NCBI GenBank assembly: GCA_965203295.1
Contig: CBDBCZ010000019.1
Span: forward strand, 1,056,001 to 1,120,000
Direction: 5' to 3'
Length of the DNA: 64,000 nt
Source of the DNA: Nitrospirales bacterium
GTDB taxonomy: Bacteria > Nitrospirota > Nitrospiria > Nitrospirales > UBA8639
Position numbers and translations under genes: made by a program. A model generated the notes under the pieces. It saw only the letters and a program-made list of their open reading frames with translations. It was not told the origin of the DNA and ran no database searches. Positions 54,227-64,000 of this stretch are shown one piece after another. The number at the start of each line of letters is the position of its first letter. Within the stretch, counting starts at the first letter, position 1.

Positions 54227-56774
54227 GTGAATCTTCCCCATCGTTGCCTTCCTCGTTGGGCTCTTCCTCGGCTCTCTTTTTTCTTTTTTTCCCTCTACGA
54301 TTTTTATCCTGCTCCTTTTCATCGCTTTCGGTCTGACCTGGGGAGAACGCCGGACCCTTCTAACCAGAAGGCGTGGAATCGTGGTGTATGCTTTCTTAGT
54401 AGGAGGGGTAGCCTTTTGGGCCTTCTCGGATTGGAGATCAGCCCGCTCAGACCTCTTTGAACTCATTGGAGCGCGACCGATAACCCTGATTGGTTCGGTT
54501 GTTGAACCGGTGCGCCATGACCCAAACCGTTTAGTGTTGGTCGTCCAGGTTTCACATGTGATCGAAAAAGAATTGCATCGGCCTCTATCGGGAAAGATTC
54601 GGCTTACTTGGCGTAACCATGATCAGTCAATAATACGAGGGGATGTGGTTCAGTTCACATCACGCCTACGGCCTCCAATTGGCAATCTCAATCCAGGCGG
54701 ATTTGATTATGGCGTCTACCTTAAGCGTAAAGGAATCCATGCTTTGGTTTTTGTTTCTGGACCGGAGCAACTACGGGTTGTCGAACCTGGTGCGAGAAGG
54801 TGGGAGGGGTTTCTTGGGAATGTATTTGATCAATGGCGAGATCGCATAAGGAAAGCCGCAGTTCAGACACTCAATGAATCAGCACTTGGTCTCTATTTAG
54901 GAATGATCATTGGGGAACAAAGTTTTATTTCTCCGAAGATGCGCAATGAATTTATGACGACGGGAACTGTGCATATTATTTCTATTTCAGGTTCCCATTT
55001 GGGTTTACTCTCCTTTCTCTCGTTTTTTCTCGTAAAAGGGATTTCCACTCGTTTGCCGTCTCGCTGGTTGGAATTCATATCCCGAAGGATGACTCCAACA
55101 AGACTGGCGGTCTTAATGACCATTCCCTTGGTGATCTTTTATACGTGTCTTGCAGGAGGCGAAGTGGCTACCGTGCGCTCGCTTTTGATGATTTTGCTCT
55201 TCCTGCTGGCAGTCTGGATTGGTCATGCGCGCGATCTTCTTGGGGCCCTTGGAATAGCCGCAGGGATTGCTGTTCTTCATGATCCTCAGACAATTTTTGA
55301 TGTCTCGTTTCAATTCTCCTATCTCTCAGTCTTGGCCTTGGCTTTTGTCGTTCACCAAGACACAAAAAATGACCCTGAAGATGTACTGGAAAATACATGG
55401 ATAAAAAAGTTCAAAGCATGGCTAAGGCAATATTTGGTGATGACACTGGCCGTCACATTTGTCACGGTCCCTCTAGTTGCTTTGTATTTTAACCAAGTCG
55501 CTTGGTTTGGATTGTTAGCGAACGTGATCGTTATTCCGTATGCAGGGTTTGTGACCGTGCCCCTTGGCCTTGTCTCTGCGGTTGGGGTATTGGTTTTCGA
55601 TTCCGTTCAGTTACCTATAGGCGCTCTCAATCAAGCCGTTTTTGACTTTCTCGCCACATCGGTATCCTTCATGGCAACGGTTCAAAGTGCCGAGTGGCAC
55701 GTCGCTTCGCCATCTCTCATCATGATCTTCCTGTATTTCGTATTGCTATGGGTCGTATGGCGAGGTGACTTTCCCCGATTCGTGCATTGGACAAGCGTCC
55801 TCGGCCTTGCTCTGCTTCTTCTATGGTGGATGGTTTCACCAAGATGGATTGCGCACCCTGACAATTTGCGAGTGACGTTTCTGGATGTAGGGCAAGGAGA
55901 TGCCACAATTGTTGAATTACCGGATGGCCGGACTCTGCTCATCGATGGGGGTGTAGCCTACGGTGGGTGGGATGCAGGACGGGGGATTGTGGCACCATTT
56001 CTTTGGGATCGAGGTATCGCCCGCCTTGACCATGTGATCGCCACACATCCGCAGCGTTATCATGTGGGCGGGTTGGAGTGGATCACCAAAAACTTTGATG
56101 TGAGGCAGTTTTGGCATAATGGGATCATTCGTGATGAGCAGTTTTTTCAGAGGCTAAAGAAAACCATTCAAGACAGAGAGATCGTGGAAGACACGGCGGT
56201 AAGGGGAGAGGATATTGTGAACAATGGGCCTTGTCGACTTGGGATTCTTAATCCACCGCCTTCGCATGAGGGAACTTCCCGTCAAGGCGGTGGCCCGAAA
56301 AGTGGGACCTTGTTGAACAATCTCTCAATTATCACAAGATTGGACTGTAGACCACATTCGTTCCTTTTTACGGCGGATGCGGAGATTGAAGCATTAGGTC
56401 GCCTTGTTAAAAATGCTCAGAGAGAAATGGTGACTGTCGTGAAGATTCCCCATTATGGGGCCAAAAGCTCTCTGCATGAGGAATGGATCAGAAGGTTAGA
56501 TTCGGATATCGCTGTTGTCTCCGTTGGGAGACGCAATCGTTACGGACATCCATCCCCGAAAGTCCTTGAGGCTTATACACAAGCGGGGATGAGGGTCTAT
56601 AGGACGGATCAAGATGGTGCGGTGTGGATAGAGGCGGAACTTGCTTCACCAGAATTGAGCATCTCTACCGCCAAGAATCAGTTACCCATACCCGCTCGGT
56701 TAGACGCTCATATATGGGAAAAAGAGATGGAAAACTTAAAACGATTATGGCATCTGTGGATTGGCTTGCGTTAA
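54227..56774 (+). pseudogene. comEC: ComEC/Rec2 DNA-uptake channel, start frameshifted and motifs eroded
   Basis: HIISISGSH, SFQFS, FLDVGQGDA, RYGHP; GTG 54227 is out of frame with the body (open from 54231); HPQRYH and PHYG replace the expected H-x-x-x-D-H and PHHG. Confidence 0.75.
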
Positions 56775-56894
56775 GGGGTAGTTGAGCTCTTTTTGGAGGA
56801 AACTTACCAGAAGAGGCTTCGATAGGGACATTAATAGTCTTGGGTAAAAGGGGAGTGGGAAAGGTCTCAGCTCGACGCGAGGTGGAAGGCAGAA

Positions 56895-59800
56895 TTAGGA
56901 TTTGAAGAATTCTTTTGCAGTCTCGTAAATGGGTTTCACATTGGGGAGAGGTGCCCAGCTCAAAATCGTCAGCGAATCGTTAACATAACTGGGTTTTCGG
57001 ATTCCGTTGAGCACGCACGTCACTCCTGGTGTGCTTGAGAGAATCCATAACGCTTTTTGTGATATCAGTCTGCTTCGATTGCCCTCCGGTAGCAGCGGAT
57101 CCAAGAGGTTGGTGAGTATTTGAGTTTGCCGTTTGTTTTTTTCAGCGGCTTCACTTCGCATGATCTGGAGCAGAGAGAGAAGTTCAGGAATGTACCGACT
57201 CCGCCAGACTTGCCACTGTTCAGCTGTATGGTCTTTAAGGTGTTTGGTCAGGACATTCGTGACCTGATTGACATGGGGAGCAATCATTTGAGCTTCAATT
57301 TGACCCCAATGTTGAAGGTTTTGAATGCTAGGACGGACCTGTTCTAACGTGTCAGCCCAGGTAAAATAGTCCTTGGGTTCAAGCCCTTTCCCGGAATACG
57401 AGATGGTCGGGACAAACTCCTTTTTAAATTCTTCTTCTAAAACCGAAACTTTTTGTTGCTGATCCTTAAAAGATATTCCGACAGGCTCAGTCTGTGGGTC
57501 TGCCAAGCGGACGATGGCCCCTCCTTTGGGCGGAATTGCATTCAAGGGCCGGTTGACAAAGATTGCAATATCTTCTTTAGCCGCGTATTCCAAAACCGTC
57601 TGATCTTCAAGCTTTCCGGTGTTTGGAGTCAGCATGGCGCCCGACTCCAAGAGGTTGAAGGGAAGTTGGAGAACTCGAAAATGGTGAGTTGGCTGATTGG
57701 CCTGTTGAGCTGCGGTTTGTGCGGATTCCAGCATTCTAAATAGGGAAGTCGCTTCCGGTTCGTCTGGAGGAGAAGTGCAGGTGTTCGATGAGACACCATA
57801 ATATTGTATCCGGCCTGTAGTCACTTGCGATTCAAGATAGGTAAAGGCCATCGTCAGTCGACGATAAAATTCATCTCGCAGTTGGCTCAGTGTTTCCTGG
57901 GATGTGGCCAGTTTTTTGTTTTTGGCGTCGGAAAGAAAATATTCCGGGTTGTGAAGAAGACAAATGTCTAAGGTTGCCAACCCCAATCGGTCAAGTGAAA
58001 GCGTGAGCTGATCTTCAAGAAATTCAGGATGAAGACAATGCCAAATGCCTTCACCGTATTTGACCATATCGGGATAGGGCGATCCAGAATGTTCCCGAGA
58101 TTTGGCCTTTTTGAGATTCTGCCCTTGCACATAGCCGATTTTTGAAACGACAAGAACCTCTTCTCGAGTGATTTCGTTATTTCTGATCAGTTCGGCCAAG
58201 ATGCTTCCTACCAACTGCTCGCTCTCTCCATCTCCATAATTGGTGGAAGTATCAATCACGTTGCATCCTTCTCGAAAAGCTTTTCGCAAAGCCTGACCGT
58301 GTTCCTCATCACCTAAACCAACCCGATAACAGCCAAAGCCGATTCGAGAGGTGGTTAACCCTGTTGTTCCAAGTCGCGTGTATCCATTTTCGGTAGGACG
58401 TGATTGATGTGGACTTGCAAGAAGTTTAGAGACATAGCTAGCAGTCCCCCGAGAAGTGGCAGATCCTTGGAGTCCTGGGGTCGTGAGGGTTTGATGATGA
58501 CTTGGTGATAGAGTAGGAGGCTTCACTTGCTGAGGATTGAGTGCTGACTCGACTAAATTAGGGTCAGTAATAGGTGCCTGGCATGCATAATTTTGGCAAA
58601 TGTACAAAGCTGCCTTTCCTTCAATCAGGGTTTTTCCAGAAAGGAGCGGGTGAGCGGAGGTGGACCTCTCTGAGTTTTGATAAGCAATGATTCGGTTGGG
58701 GATGAATTGTGAATGAATCACTCGCAAAAGGTTTTCATGGTCATTGCTCCCTGGCATTCCAACAACTGCCAGTTCCAAGGGGCTGTTTAATAGGAGGTCT
58801 GCTGCCATTAAGGCTTTGGAGAAAGCACGAGGGATTTGAGCCATCTGTTGGCCATAGCACCGAACGGCTTTTATGGCAGCCTCTCTCATATCTTGCCGAT
58901 CAAAGTGGAATGATAATCGTGCCAAGACAGAAGCTGCCACGGCATTTCCACTCGGAGTTGCACCATCCGGCCCTTCACGACCACGAACGATAAGCGATTC
59001 ATGGTCGTGGGCGGTTGTGAAAAATCCACCCTGCTCCTGGTCTGAAAAATCCGTGAGAAGGCGGTCAGCTAATCGAACGGCTTCTGTTAAGAATCGTTCC
59101 TCGCCGACGGCTTCATATAGGTCGATTAACCCCTCAATGAAAAAAGCGTAGTCCTCGAGATAGGCATTTAAGTGAGCTTTGCCTGATCGGTAAGTCCGAA
59201 ACAGCCCGCCGTCAGGTTTTGAAAGCGTTGTTAGGATAAAATCAGCGGCTTTCATTGCGCCAGTCAGGTAACGAGAGTTATTCAACACCCGAGCCCCTTC
59301 AGCCATTGCCCCAATCATCATCCCATTCCAGGCTGTGATGATTTTGTCATCTAACCCGGGTGGGATACGTTTCAAACGAGCCTCGTAAACCAACGGGCGG
59401 ACACGGGCTATGGTATCTTTGAGTTCCTCAGGAGTGCATCTCAACTCATGTGTCACTTCCTCGAACGATTGCGGAGTGTGAGGAATACTGTGGTCTTCCC
59501 AGTTTCCTTGCTGAGTGATGTCGTAGTATGCGCAGAATCGTTTCGCGTCCTCCTCCGGAACAAGTTCCTGAATTTGTTCAGGAGTCCATACGAAAAATTT
59601 TCCCTCGACTCCTTCGGAGTCGGCATCCGTCGCAGAATAAAATCCGCCATCGGGGGAAGTCATTTCCCGTAAGATATAATCCAGAATTTCTGTCGCAATC
59701 TGTTTGTAATACTCATTCTTGGTGACTTGAAAGGCTTCAAGGTATGTTTTCGTCAGTAGGGCATTGTCATAGAGCATCTTCTCAAAATGAGGGACCAACC

Positions 59801-60590
59801 AACGTTCATCCGTCGAATACCGGGCAAATCCTCCTCCGATCTGGTCGCACATTCCTCCAGAGGCCATGGCATCAAGGGTTTTTTGTACCATGTGTAGGGT
59901 GTGATCGTTCTTGGTGCGATGGTAGTGCCGTAAGAGGAGGGACAGTCCTGTCGCGGGTGGAAACTTAGGGGCATTGCCAAAACCACCAAAGTGTGAGTCA
60001 AAGTCTCTGGAGAATTGATCAACGGCTTGGTCAATCTCATCTTGCCCGACAGATAATGGGGGAGGCAGTCGCATGGATTCTTGAAGTCGGGTTGAAAATC
60101 GTCCTGCCTGTTTGGTGATGATGTCGGAATCTTTTGCCCATCCTTCAGCTATTTTGGTGAGCAGGGTTCCAAACCCGGGGCGTCCCCAACGATCAGTCGG
60201 AGGAAAGTACGTTCCAGCAAAAATGGGGTATTGGTCCGGGGTCAGAAAGACAGTCATCGGCCAGCCACCCTGTCCTTGGTTCATAGCCAGAGTGGCCTGC
60301 ATGTAGATTTCGTCTAAATCAGGTCGTTCTTCCCGATCGACCTTCACGCAGATATAGTGTTGGTTCATCAGCGCGGCAATAGATGTATTTTCAAAGGATT
60401 CCCGTTCCATCACATGACACCAGTGGCAGGCCGAATACCCAATCGATAAAAGTATGGGTTTGTTTTCGGCCTTCGCACGATCTAAGGCCTCGCTTCCCCA
60501 AGGGTGCCAATCTACGGGATTGTAGGCATGTTGGAGGAGGTAGGGACTGGTTTCGTGCAGAAGTCGATTGGGTGTTGCTGATTCAGACAT
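56895..60590 (-). CDS. YyaL/SPATA20-like thioredoxin-(alpha/alpha)6 protein fused to an aldo/keto-reductase-like domain
   Basis: [40 protein letters not shown]; then [31 protein letters not shown]. Confidence 0.9.
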   Translation of the reverse strand: MSESATPNRLLHETSPYLLQHAYNPVDWHPWGSEALDRAKAENKPILLSIGYSACHWCHVMERESFENTSIAALMNQHYICVKVDREERPDLDEIYMQATLAMNQGQGGWPMTVFLTPDQYPIFAGTYFPPTDRWGRPGFGTLLTKIAEGWAKDSDIITKQAGRFSTRLQESMRLPPPLSVGQDEIDQAVDQFSRDFDSHFGGFGNAPKFPPATGLSLLLRHYHRTKNDHTLHMVQKTLDAMASGGMCDQIGGGFARYSTDERWLVPHFEKMLYDNALLTKTYLEAFQVTKNEYYKQIATEILDYILREMTSPDGGFYSATDADSEGVEGKFFVWTPEQIQELVPEEDAKRFCAYYDITQQGNWEDHSIPHTPQSFEEVTHELRCTPEELKDTIARVRPLVYEARLKRIPPGLDDKIITAWNGMMIGAMAEGARVLNNSRYLTGAMKAADFILTTLSKPDGGLFRTYRSGKAHLNAYLEDYAFFIEGLIDLYEAVGEERFLTEAVRLADRLLTDFSDQEQGGFFTTAHDHESLIVRGREGPDGATPSGNAVAASVLARLSFHFDRQDMREAAIKAVRCYGQQMAQIPRAFSKALMAADLLLNSPLELAVVGMPGSNDHENLLRVIHSQFIPNRIIAYQNSERSTSAHPLLSGKTLIEGKAALYICQNYACQAPITDPNLVESALNPQQVKPPTLSPSHHQTLTTPGLQGSATSRGTASYVSKLLASPHQSRPTENGYTRLGTTGLTTSRIGFGCYRVGLGDEEHGQALRKAFREGCNVIDTSTNYGDGESEQLVGSILAELIRNNEITREEVLVVSKIGYVQGQNLKKAKSREHSGSPYPDMVKYGEGIWHCLHPEFLEDQLTLSLDRLGLATLDICLLHNPEYFLSDAKNKKLATSQETLSQLRDEFYRRLTMAFTYLESQVTTGRIQYYGVSSNTCTSPPDEPEATSLFRMLESAQTAAQQANQPTHHFRVLQLPFNLLESGAMLTPNTGKLEDQTVLEYAAKEDIAIFVNRPLNAIPPKGGAIVRLADPQTEPVGISFKDQQQKVSVLEEEFKKEFVPTISYSGKGLEPKDYFTWADTLEQVRPSIQNLQHWGQIEAQMIAPHVNQVTNVLTKHLKDHTAEQWQVWRSRYIPELLSLLQIMRSEAAEKNKRQTQILTNLLDPLLPEGNRSRLISQKALWILSSTPGVTCVLNGIRKPSYVNDSLTILSWAPLPNVKPIYETAKEFFKS

Positions 60591-60958
60591 AAAAACCACC
60601 GTACCATTCAGCCGGAAAGGTGGTCAACCAAAACGCTGGCTGAGATAATCAAAAACTATGGTCAGAGGTGAGTTCCGCTCAGCGATATCAAGAGAATGAT
60701 TAATAGAATGGTCAATGACAACCAGTGCTCAGAGAGTTCAACTCTTAAAAAAGTCGGACACGCAGGAAATTCCGGAATTGAAGTTGAGAATCTGAATCAG
60801 CGAATTTGAAAAGGAGAATCAAAGTTAAGTGAAAAAGCCTACATATTTCTATTGACGTAGCTGATAATGAGGGGTTAGCATAAAAGAAGGTATAGTTTGT
60901 CCAAAGGGGAATGTCTCTGCAATCAATGATGACAGTTAACGAATAAGGGAGGCCGTTT

Positions 60959-61435
60959 ATGAAAGCCAAAGAGGGAGTCGTCAATTTGCTGAATAAGATT
61001 TTGACCGAGGAATTGACGGTCATCAATCAATACTTTCTGCATGCCAAAATGTGTAAGAACTGGGGGTATGAGAGACTACATCACCATGTGATGGAGCGCA
61101 GCTTGGGGGAAATGAAAGATGCGACGAGCATTATCGATCATATCCTGTATCTCGAAGGTCTGCCAAACATGCAGCGTTTAGGCACCGTCAAGATTGGGGA
61201 GACTGTCCCAGAACAATTAAAAGTTGACCTGGAGAAAGAAAAAGGCATGGTGAAGGTCATGTCAGATGGCATCCAACATTTTACAAAAGTTGGAGATTAC
61301 ACGACCCGTCACATGTTAGAAGACATGGTCAAGGATGAGGAAGAACATATCGACTGGATAGAGACTCAATTGGAAACCATAAGCCAAGTCGGTCTCCAAA
61401 ATTATTTAAGTGAGCAAATCAAGAAAGAGGATTAA
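60959..61435 (+). CDS. bfr: Bacterioferritin
   Basis: [14 protein letters not shown](52)[22 protein letters not shown]. Confidence 0.95.
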   Translation: MKAKEGVVNLLNKILTEELTVINQYFLHAKMCKNWGYERLHHHVMERSLGEMKDATSIIDHILYLEGLPNMQRLGTVKIGETVPEQLKVDLEKEKGMVKVMSDGIQHFTKVGDYTTRHMLEDMVKDEEEHIDWIETQLETISQVGLQNYLSEQIKKED

Positions 61436-61794
61436 ACCTTCAAGCCCGTCGGATAGATTCCTGTCAAAGTATTATTGACCCTCCCCCTTCCCAAAATCGT
61501 TAAACTGATGGAAGGAGGGAGGAGAAGTCATTTGCATCCCTTCTCCACCTAAAACCAAATCTCGAATTCAGGCTCTTTTCCTAGGCCAAGAGATTGGTTT
61601 CTCATTGTCTTAAATCTCAGAAAACTCTCCTGTCATAAATATGACATGCTAAAAAATGGTTTTTCACAGATTTTTGTCCAGAGGCCTTGCTCTGCAAATG
61701 TTGGAATAAGCAAGGACCCGATAGAAAGAAAGAATGGGTTAGGGAGATGATTGCTCTTGAATTAGATGAGAGTTCAAAAGGATAATCTCTCCTG

Positions 61795-62579
61795 ATGAAC
61801 GCTGCAGAAAATGAACACGATGAAACACCCGATACGGGACCACCGTCATCGGCAGAGGATCTTCATATTCTCAATGCCCTTCGTCGAGGAGATGAAGAAG
61901 CTTTTGGCTTACTCGTGAATCAGTACCATGGCCCGCTTCTTCGGTTGGCCATGGCGTATGTGCCAAGTCGAGCTGTGGCGGAAGAAGTCGTTCAAGAAAC
62001 ATGGTTGGGTATCTTTGAAGGGTTATCCCGATTTGAAGGTCGGTCTACGTTAAAAACTTGGATGTTTCGGATTCTTACGAATCGTGCAAAACAAGGGGAA
62101 AACGAGAAAGTCGCTATACCCTATTTGAGATAGATGAAGCTTCTAAAGAAGAGACGAGTGAACCTGCTGTAAGTCCGGATAGGTTTTACAAGTCAGGCTA
62201 CTTTGTTGATCATTGGGAGTCTTCTCCTGCGTTATGGGATGAGGACACACCAGAACGTCAGCTTTTGTCCAAAGAAAGCGTAGAAAAAATTACTCAAGCT
62301 ATCGAAAAGCTTCCTGCAACTCAGCGCCAGGTGGTCACACTACGCGACATAGAGGGACTCAGCACTCAGGAAGTGTGTGACATCCTGGAAATTACGGAGA
62401 CTAATCAGAGGGTCCTACTCCATAGAGCAAGGGGCAAGCTGCGTCGGGCCATGGAGTTGTATGTTGAAGGAAAGATGGTGACAGCCCAATGGACGGAACA
62501 TTCAAAGAGAAAGTCATTGACTATCTGGCCGGAAAGATTACCTGCAAGGAAGTCACCGAAGCGGTCACTGAATACTTAG
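61795..62579 (+). pseudogene. ECF sigma-70 factor, frameshifted
   Basis: AEEVVQETW, FEGRSTLKTWMFRIL; frameshift in an A run near 62087-62092; LP.TQRQVVTLRDIEG, NQRVLLHRAR. Confidence 0.85.
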
Positions 62580-62767
62580 AGGGAAGCCTGACCTTAAAGG
62601 ATCGAGTCAGGTTTCAAATGCATTTGGGAATGTGTGTGGGGTGCCGAAATTATTTAAAACAGATGAAATATACCATCCAAACTCTAGGGAAACTCCCATC
62701 AGAGCCCATTCCTCCTGAAGTGAAGGATGAACTGGTGAGGCGCTTTAGAAACTGGGAAAAAGGATAA
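62489..62767 (+). CDS. Zinc-finger (zf-HC2/ZAS) anti-sigma factor
   Basis: ITCKEV..EYLEG, HLGMCVGC. Confidence 0.9.
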   Translation: MDGTFKEKVIDYLAGKITCKEVTEAVTEYLEGSLTLKDRVRFQMHLGMCVGCRNYLKQMKYTIQTLGKLPSEPIPPEVKDELVRRFRNWEKG

Positions 62768-62814
62768 ATCAGTTCGGCATACGAGAAATACAGCCTACAT
62801 GTATGGTAAAAGGA

Positions 62815-62850
62815 AGGGGAGGTGATCGTTCATCATCTCCCTTTTTTCTT
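62815..62850 (+). terminator. Rho-independent terminator
   Basis: AGGGGAGGTGAT-CGTTC-ATCATCTCCCTT followed by a T tract. Confidence 0.6.
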
Positions 62851-62926
62851 TCCGATGTAGAGTAATGAGAGAAAAGTAGAGAGCCCCTTGTTCTTGTTAA
62901 ATCAAAGCGAATAAAAGAGGACATGT

Positions 62927-63505
62927 ATGTCATTGAAGAATTCTACGATGTTGGCATTAGGAACACCGATACCTCAATTTCGACTCCCTGATGTGGTTTC
63001 TGGGCAGCTCATCTCTCCGGAGACGTTTTCCAATAAAAAGGGGATTCTTGTCATGTTTATTTGCCGACATTGTCCCTACGTCGTCCATGTGAAAGATGAA
63101 TTAGCCAGAATCGGTAAAGATTACGATGGTCAGGATTTAAGGATCGTAGCCATTAGCAGTAACGACATACAAAATTATCCTGATGATAGCCCTGATCGAC
63201 TGAAGGCTATGGCTGATGAACTACGATTCACATTTCCCTTGTGTTACGACGAATCCCAAGATGTTGCCAAAGCGTTCACTGCCGCCTGCACCCCAGACTT
63301 TTTCCTCTTTGATCGGGAATTTCGGTTAGTGTATCGGGGCCAACTGGATGACAGTCGTCCTGGAAATGGAAGGCCGCTAACGGGAAAAGACCTTCGTGCG
63401 GCGCTTGATGCTGTATTGGCTGGTCAAAAAGTGAATATGGAGCAAAGGCCGAGTGCAGGATGTAACATCAAATGGAAACCGGGTAATGCCCCTTCCTATG
63501 GTTAG
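62927..63505 (+). CDS. Thioredoxin-family (AhpC/TSA-like) redoxin
   Basis: MFICRHCPYV, AACTPDFF, YRGQLDDSRP, GCNIKW. Confidence 0.9.
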   Translation: MSLKNSTMLALGTPIPQFRLPDVVSGQLISPETFSNKKGILVMFICRHCPYVVHVKDELARIGKDYDGQDLRIVAISSNDIQNYPDDSPDRLKAMADELRFTFPLCYDESQDVAKAFTAACTPDFFLFDREFRLVYRGQLDDSRPGNGRPLTGKDLRAALDAVLAGQKVNMEQRPSAGCNIKWKPGNAPSYG

Positions 63506-63571
63506 GGGCCTCAGAGATGACGCTGATCAATTCACATGTAAAGGCAATGTTCCCTGTTTTGAATCTGTGTG

Positions 63572-63766
63572 TTCCGCCTTGCGCGTGGCTGAGTGCCAGC
63601 GCCGAATCTCACAACTCGGCGAGGACTGTCTAAGCGGAGTGAGTTCCGCAGCCATATGATTCGGTGCTGGGAGGAAGGAGACCCTCAGGGCCATGCGCGG
63701 GTGGGAATGGTTTGGGGTCCTTTTGCCGAAACAAAAGGGCCTCGTCGTGCGGGGCCGAAACCCCGC
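63572..63766 (+). repeat. Multi-stem structured intergenic element (REP/MITE-like or ncRNA)
   Basis: Nested long-range stems plus two terminal hairpins sharing the loop CCGAAA. Confidence 0.6.
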
Positions 63767-63829
63767 TCAAATAAAAACAATTTAACCAAACATTCTGGAT
63801 GCCTGCTGACAAACGACTCAGACCATTTC

Positions 63830-64000
63830 TCACTGTTTCTTGAACACAATATCCCCAAAGTATGCGACGGCTGATTCCTTGGTATTATCAGTATCCGTCA
63901 TGACCGCGACTCCAGATATGTTGGGCGGTTCCTCACCAAACGCCTTTTTGTAATCCTCGTAAACATTCCGTTGTTCAGTGACCCATTGATTAAGTTTCTG
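63830..64000 (-). CDS. DUF3047-like protein, 3' end (partial)
   Basis: WVTEQRNVYEDYKKAFGEEPPNISGVAVMTDTDNT...FGDIVF. Confidence 0.75.
   Translation of the reverse strand, partial: QKLNQWVTEQRNVYEDYKKAFGEEPPNISGVAVMTDTDNTKESAVAYFGDIVFKKQ

Noticed and set aside
60852..60882. Fur/PerR-like box upstream of bfr (TGATAATGAGGGGTTAGCA)
   Set aside because: Only a half-site matches and the spacing differs from the canonical box.

Overview
A bacterial chromosome segment (about 50% GC by eye), most plausibly from a Nitrospirales/Nitrospira-like organism. That taxonomy is inferred from gene order, conserved hypothetical proteins and a repeat family, and was not checked by a search. The left ~35 kb is accessory DNA in heavy decay: an NtrC-type regulator, two RelE-type toxins, pyruvate kinase, an ABC/TolC efflux operon, PPIases, a second uvrA and others carry nonsense codons, frameshifts or deletions. 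The right part holds tRNA-Leu(CAA) and an almost lesion-free core block (ccsA-hemA-hemC-cobA/hemD-hemB-ribF-tilS-hpt-ftsH-folP-glmM), then an eroded comEC, a YyaL-aldo/keto reductase fusion, bfr and an ECF sigma/anti-sigma pair. This contrast points to real ongoing genome reduction rather than sequencing error. The best candidate for an undescribed system is a partly decayed operon at 7054-14599. It joins a purine-type deaminase, an NCS2-like permease, a stand-alone allophanate-hydrolase C-terminal domain, a triuret-hydrolase-type enzyme, AllH/AllF/AllG (oxamate carbamoyltransferase-like) homologues and carbamate kinase, suggesting ATP-yielding breakdown of triuret/biuret-type ureides. Also present are two MITE-like copies, a multi-stem intergenic element, a short inverted-repeat element, an IS3 relic and a cryptic ~450-codon orphan gene split by two in-frame stops. 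All product calls come from motif recognition only; no database searches were run.
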